From: an uncultured Alphaproteobacteria bacterium
GTDB lineage: Bacteria > Pseudomonadota > Alphaproteobacteria > Methylaequorales > Methylaequoraceae
Direction of reading: 5' to 3'
NCBI GenBank assembly: GCA_902595755.1
Contig: CACJRF010000005.1
Coordinates: 6,859-70,858, forward strand
DNA: 64,000 nt
A program made the translations under genes and the position numbers. This document shows, piece by piece, positions 63,393 to 64,000 of this stretch. Within the stretch, counting starts at the first letter, position 1; each line of letters begins with the position of its first letter. Under the pieces are notes generated by a model. The model was not told where the DNA came from, did no database searches, and saw only the letters and a list, made by a program, of their open reading frames with translations.

Positions 63393-63999
63393 TTTTTAAT
63401 TTTTTTTTTAAGATATTTCTCTTTCCTATTACTATTAAATCAATTTTTTTATTTTTTAGAACTCGTTTAAGAACTTCTGATTCTACATCTAAGCCACCGG
63501 TGTAAGTTCCGAAGGATGGAAGAATACAAAAGTTTTCTCCCAAGATAAAACATTTATAGTTATATGATGAACCATTATATCTTAATGAACACTTAGGATG
63601 ATAATGACCAGAAAATTCAAAGGTATAGTCTTTCTCTTGAGTTATTTTAATATGTCTAAATTCATACCTGTCAATTTTATAGAAAGAATGTGATTTCGCG
63701 GAGAGTAAATTTTCATCTTTCATACAATTATCATGATTCCCTGCTATCCAAAGAAAGTTATATTTTTCTGTTAATAGATTTATCTTTAATAAAGAATCCT
63801 TATGAATTTTTTTTAAAGAATCTTTTTCATGAAAATTATCTCCTAAAGTAATAACTTTTTTCGGTGAGAAGAATTTTATGATATTTTCAAGTTTAGACAA
63901 AGTATCATCAATATCAAAAGGAGGTATATTAAAGCCATCTTTTGCCATACTTATACCTTTTCCGAAATGAAGATCCGATACAATTAATATTTCAAGTTC
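63379..63999 (-). CDS. pdeM: Ligase-associated DNA damage response metallophosphoesterase/endonuclease (5' end outside window)
   Basis: The frame stays open past the track's start to the window edge (ELEILIVSDLHFGKGISMA). Motifs DLH, PPFD, LGDNFH, GNHD, SGHYHP, LPSFG. Confidence 0.85.
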   Translation of the reverse strand, partial: ELEILIVSDLHFGKGISMAKDGFNIPPFDIDDTLSKLENIIKFFSPKKVITLGDNFHEKDSLKKIHKDSLLKINLLTEKYNFLWIAGNHDNCMKDENLLSAKSHSFYKIDRYEFRHIKITQEKDYTFEFSGHYHPKCSLRYNGSSYNYKCFILGENFCILPSFGTYTGGLDVESEVLKRVLKNKKIDLIVIGKRNILKKKLKNDST

Positions 64000-64000
64000 A

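Noticed and set aside
1-64000. Search for CRISPR arrays, tRNA/rRNA, transposases, integrases, prophage or defence genes
   Set aside because: No intergenic gap exceeds 95 bp and every long ORF maps to a known housekeeping family; none were seen by eye, and no scan was run.

Overview
A 64-kb stretch of a very AT-rich, streamlined alphaproteobacterial chromosome (GC roughly 25-30% by eye). About 60 genes are packed almost without gaps; the largest intergenic region is 95 bp. It is nearly all core genome: nuoL(partial)MN-birA-coaX-rnj-mce-DUF1467-proS-lolC/E-lolD-dnaE; rpsB-tsf-pyrH-frr-uppS-cdsA-dxr-rseP-bamA-skp-lpxD-fabZ-lpxA-lpxI-lpxB; (minus) ppiD-trpE-trpG-trpD-trpC-moaC-moeA-lexA-gltX-gltA; tpiA-secG-pyrG-kdsA-eno-ftsB-like; (minus) ispDF-pgpA-cinA; ypjD/ccsA-like-dusB-ntrB-ntrC-ntrY-ntrX-trkA-dat-hflX; (minus) clpB-beta-hydroxyacid dehydrogenase; a family III CoA-transferase; (minus) pdeM(partial)-rhomboid. 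The GTTC-N7-GTTC LexA box and the gene order support Alphaproteobacteria. A free-living streamlined lineage is an inference. I saw no rRNA, tRNA, CRISPR, prophage, integrase or transposase, and no clear-cut novel multi-gene system. The best leads are a Trp-free YpjD/CcsA-family membrane gene at the head of the dusB-ntrBC-ntrYX operon, an NtrX with a decayed AAA+ site, clean absences from conserved alphaproteobacterial neighbourhoods (pdh-lipA block, hfq, comEC), a possible lexA-gltX-gltA transcript under an SOS box, a pseudoknot over the rpsB Shine-Dalgarno, and repeated signs of leaderless transcripts.
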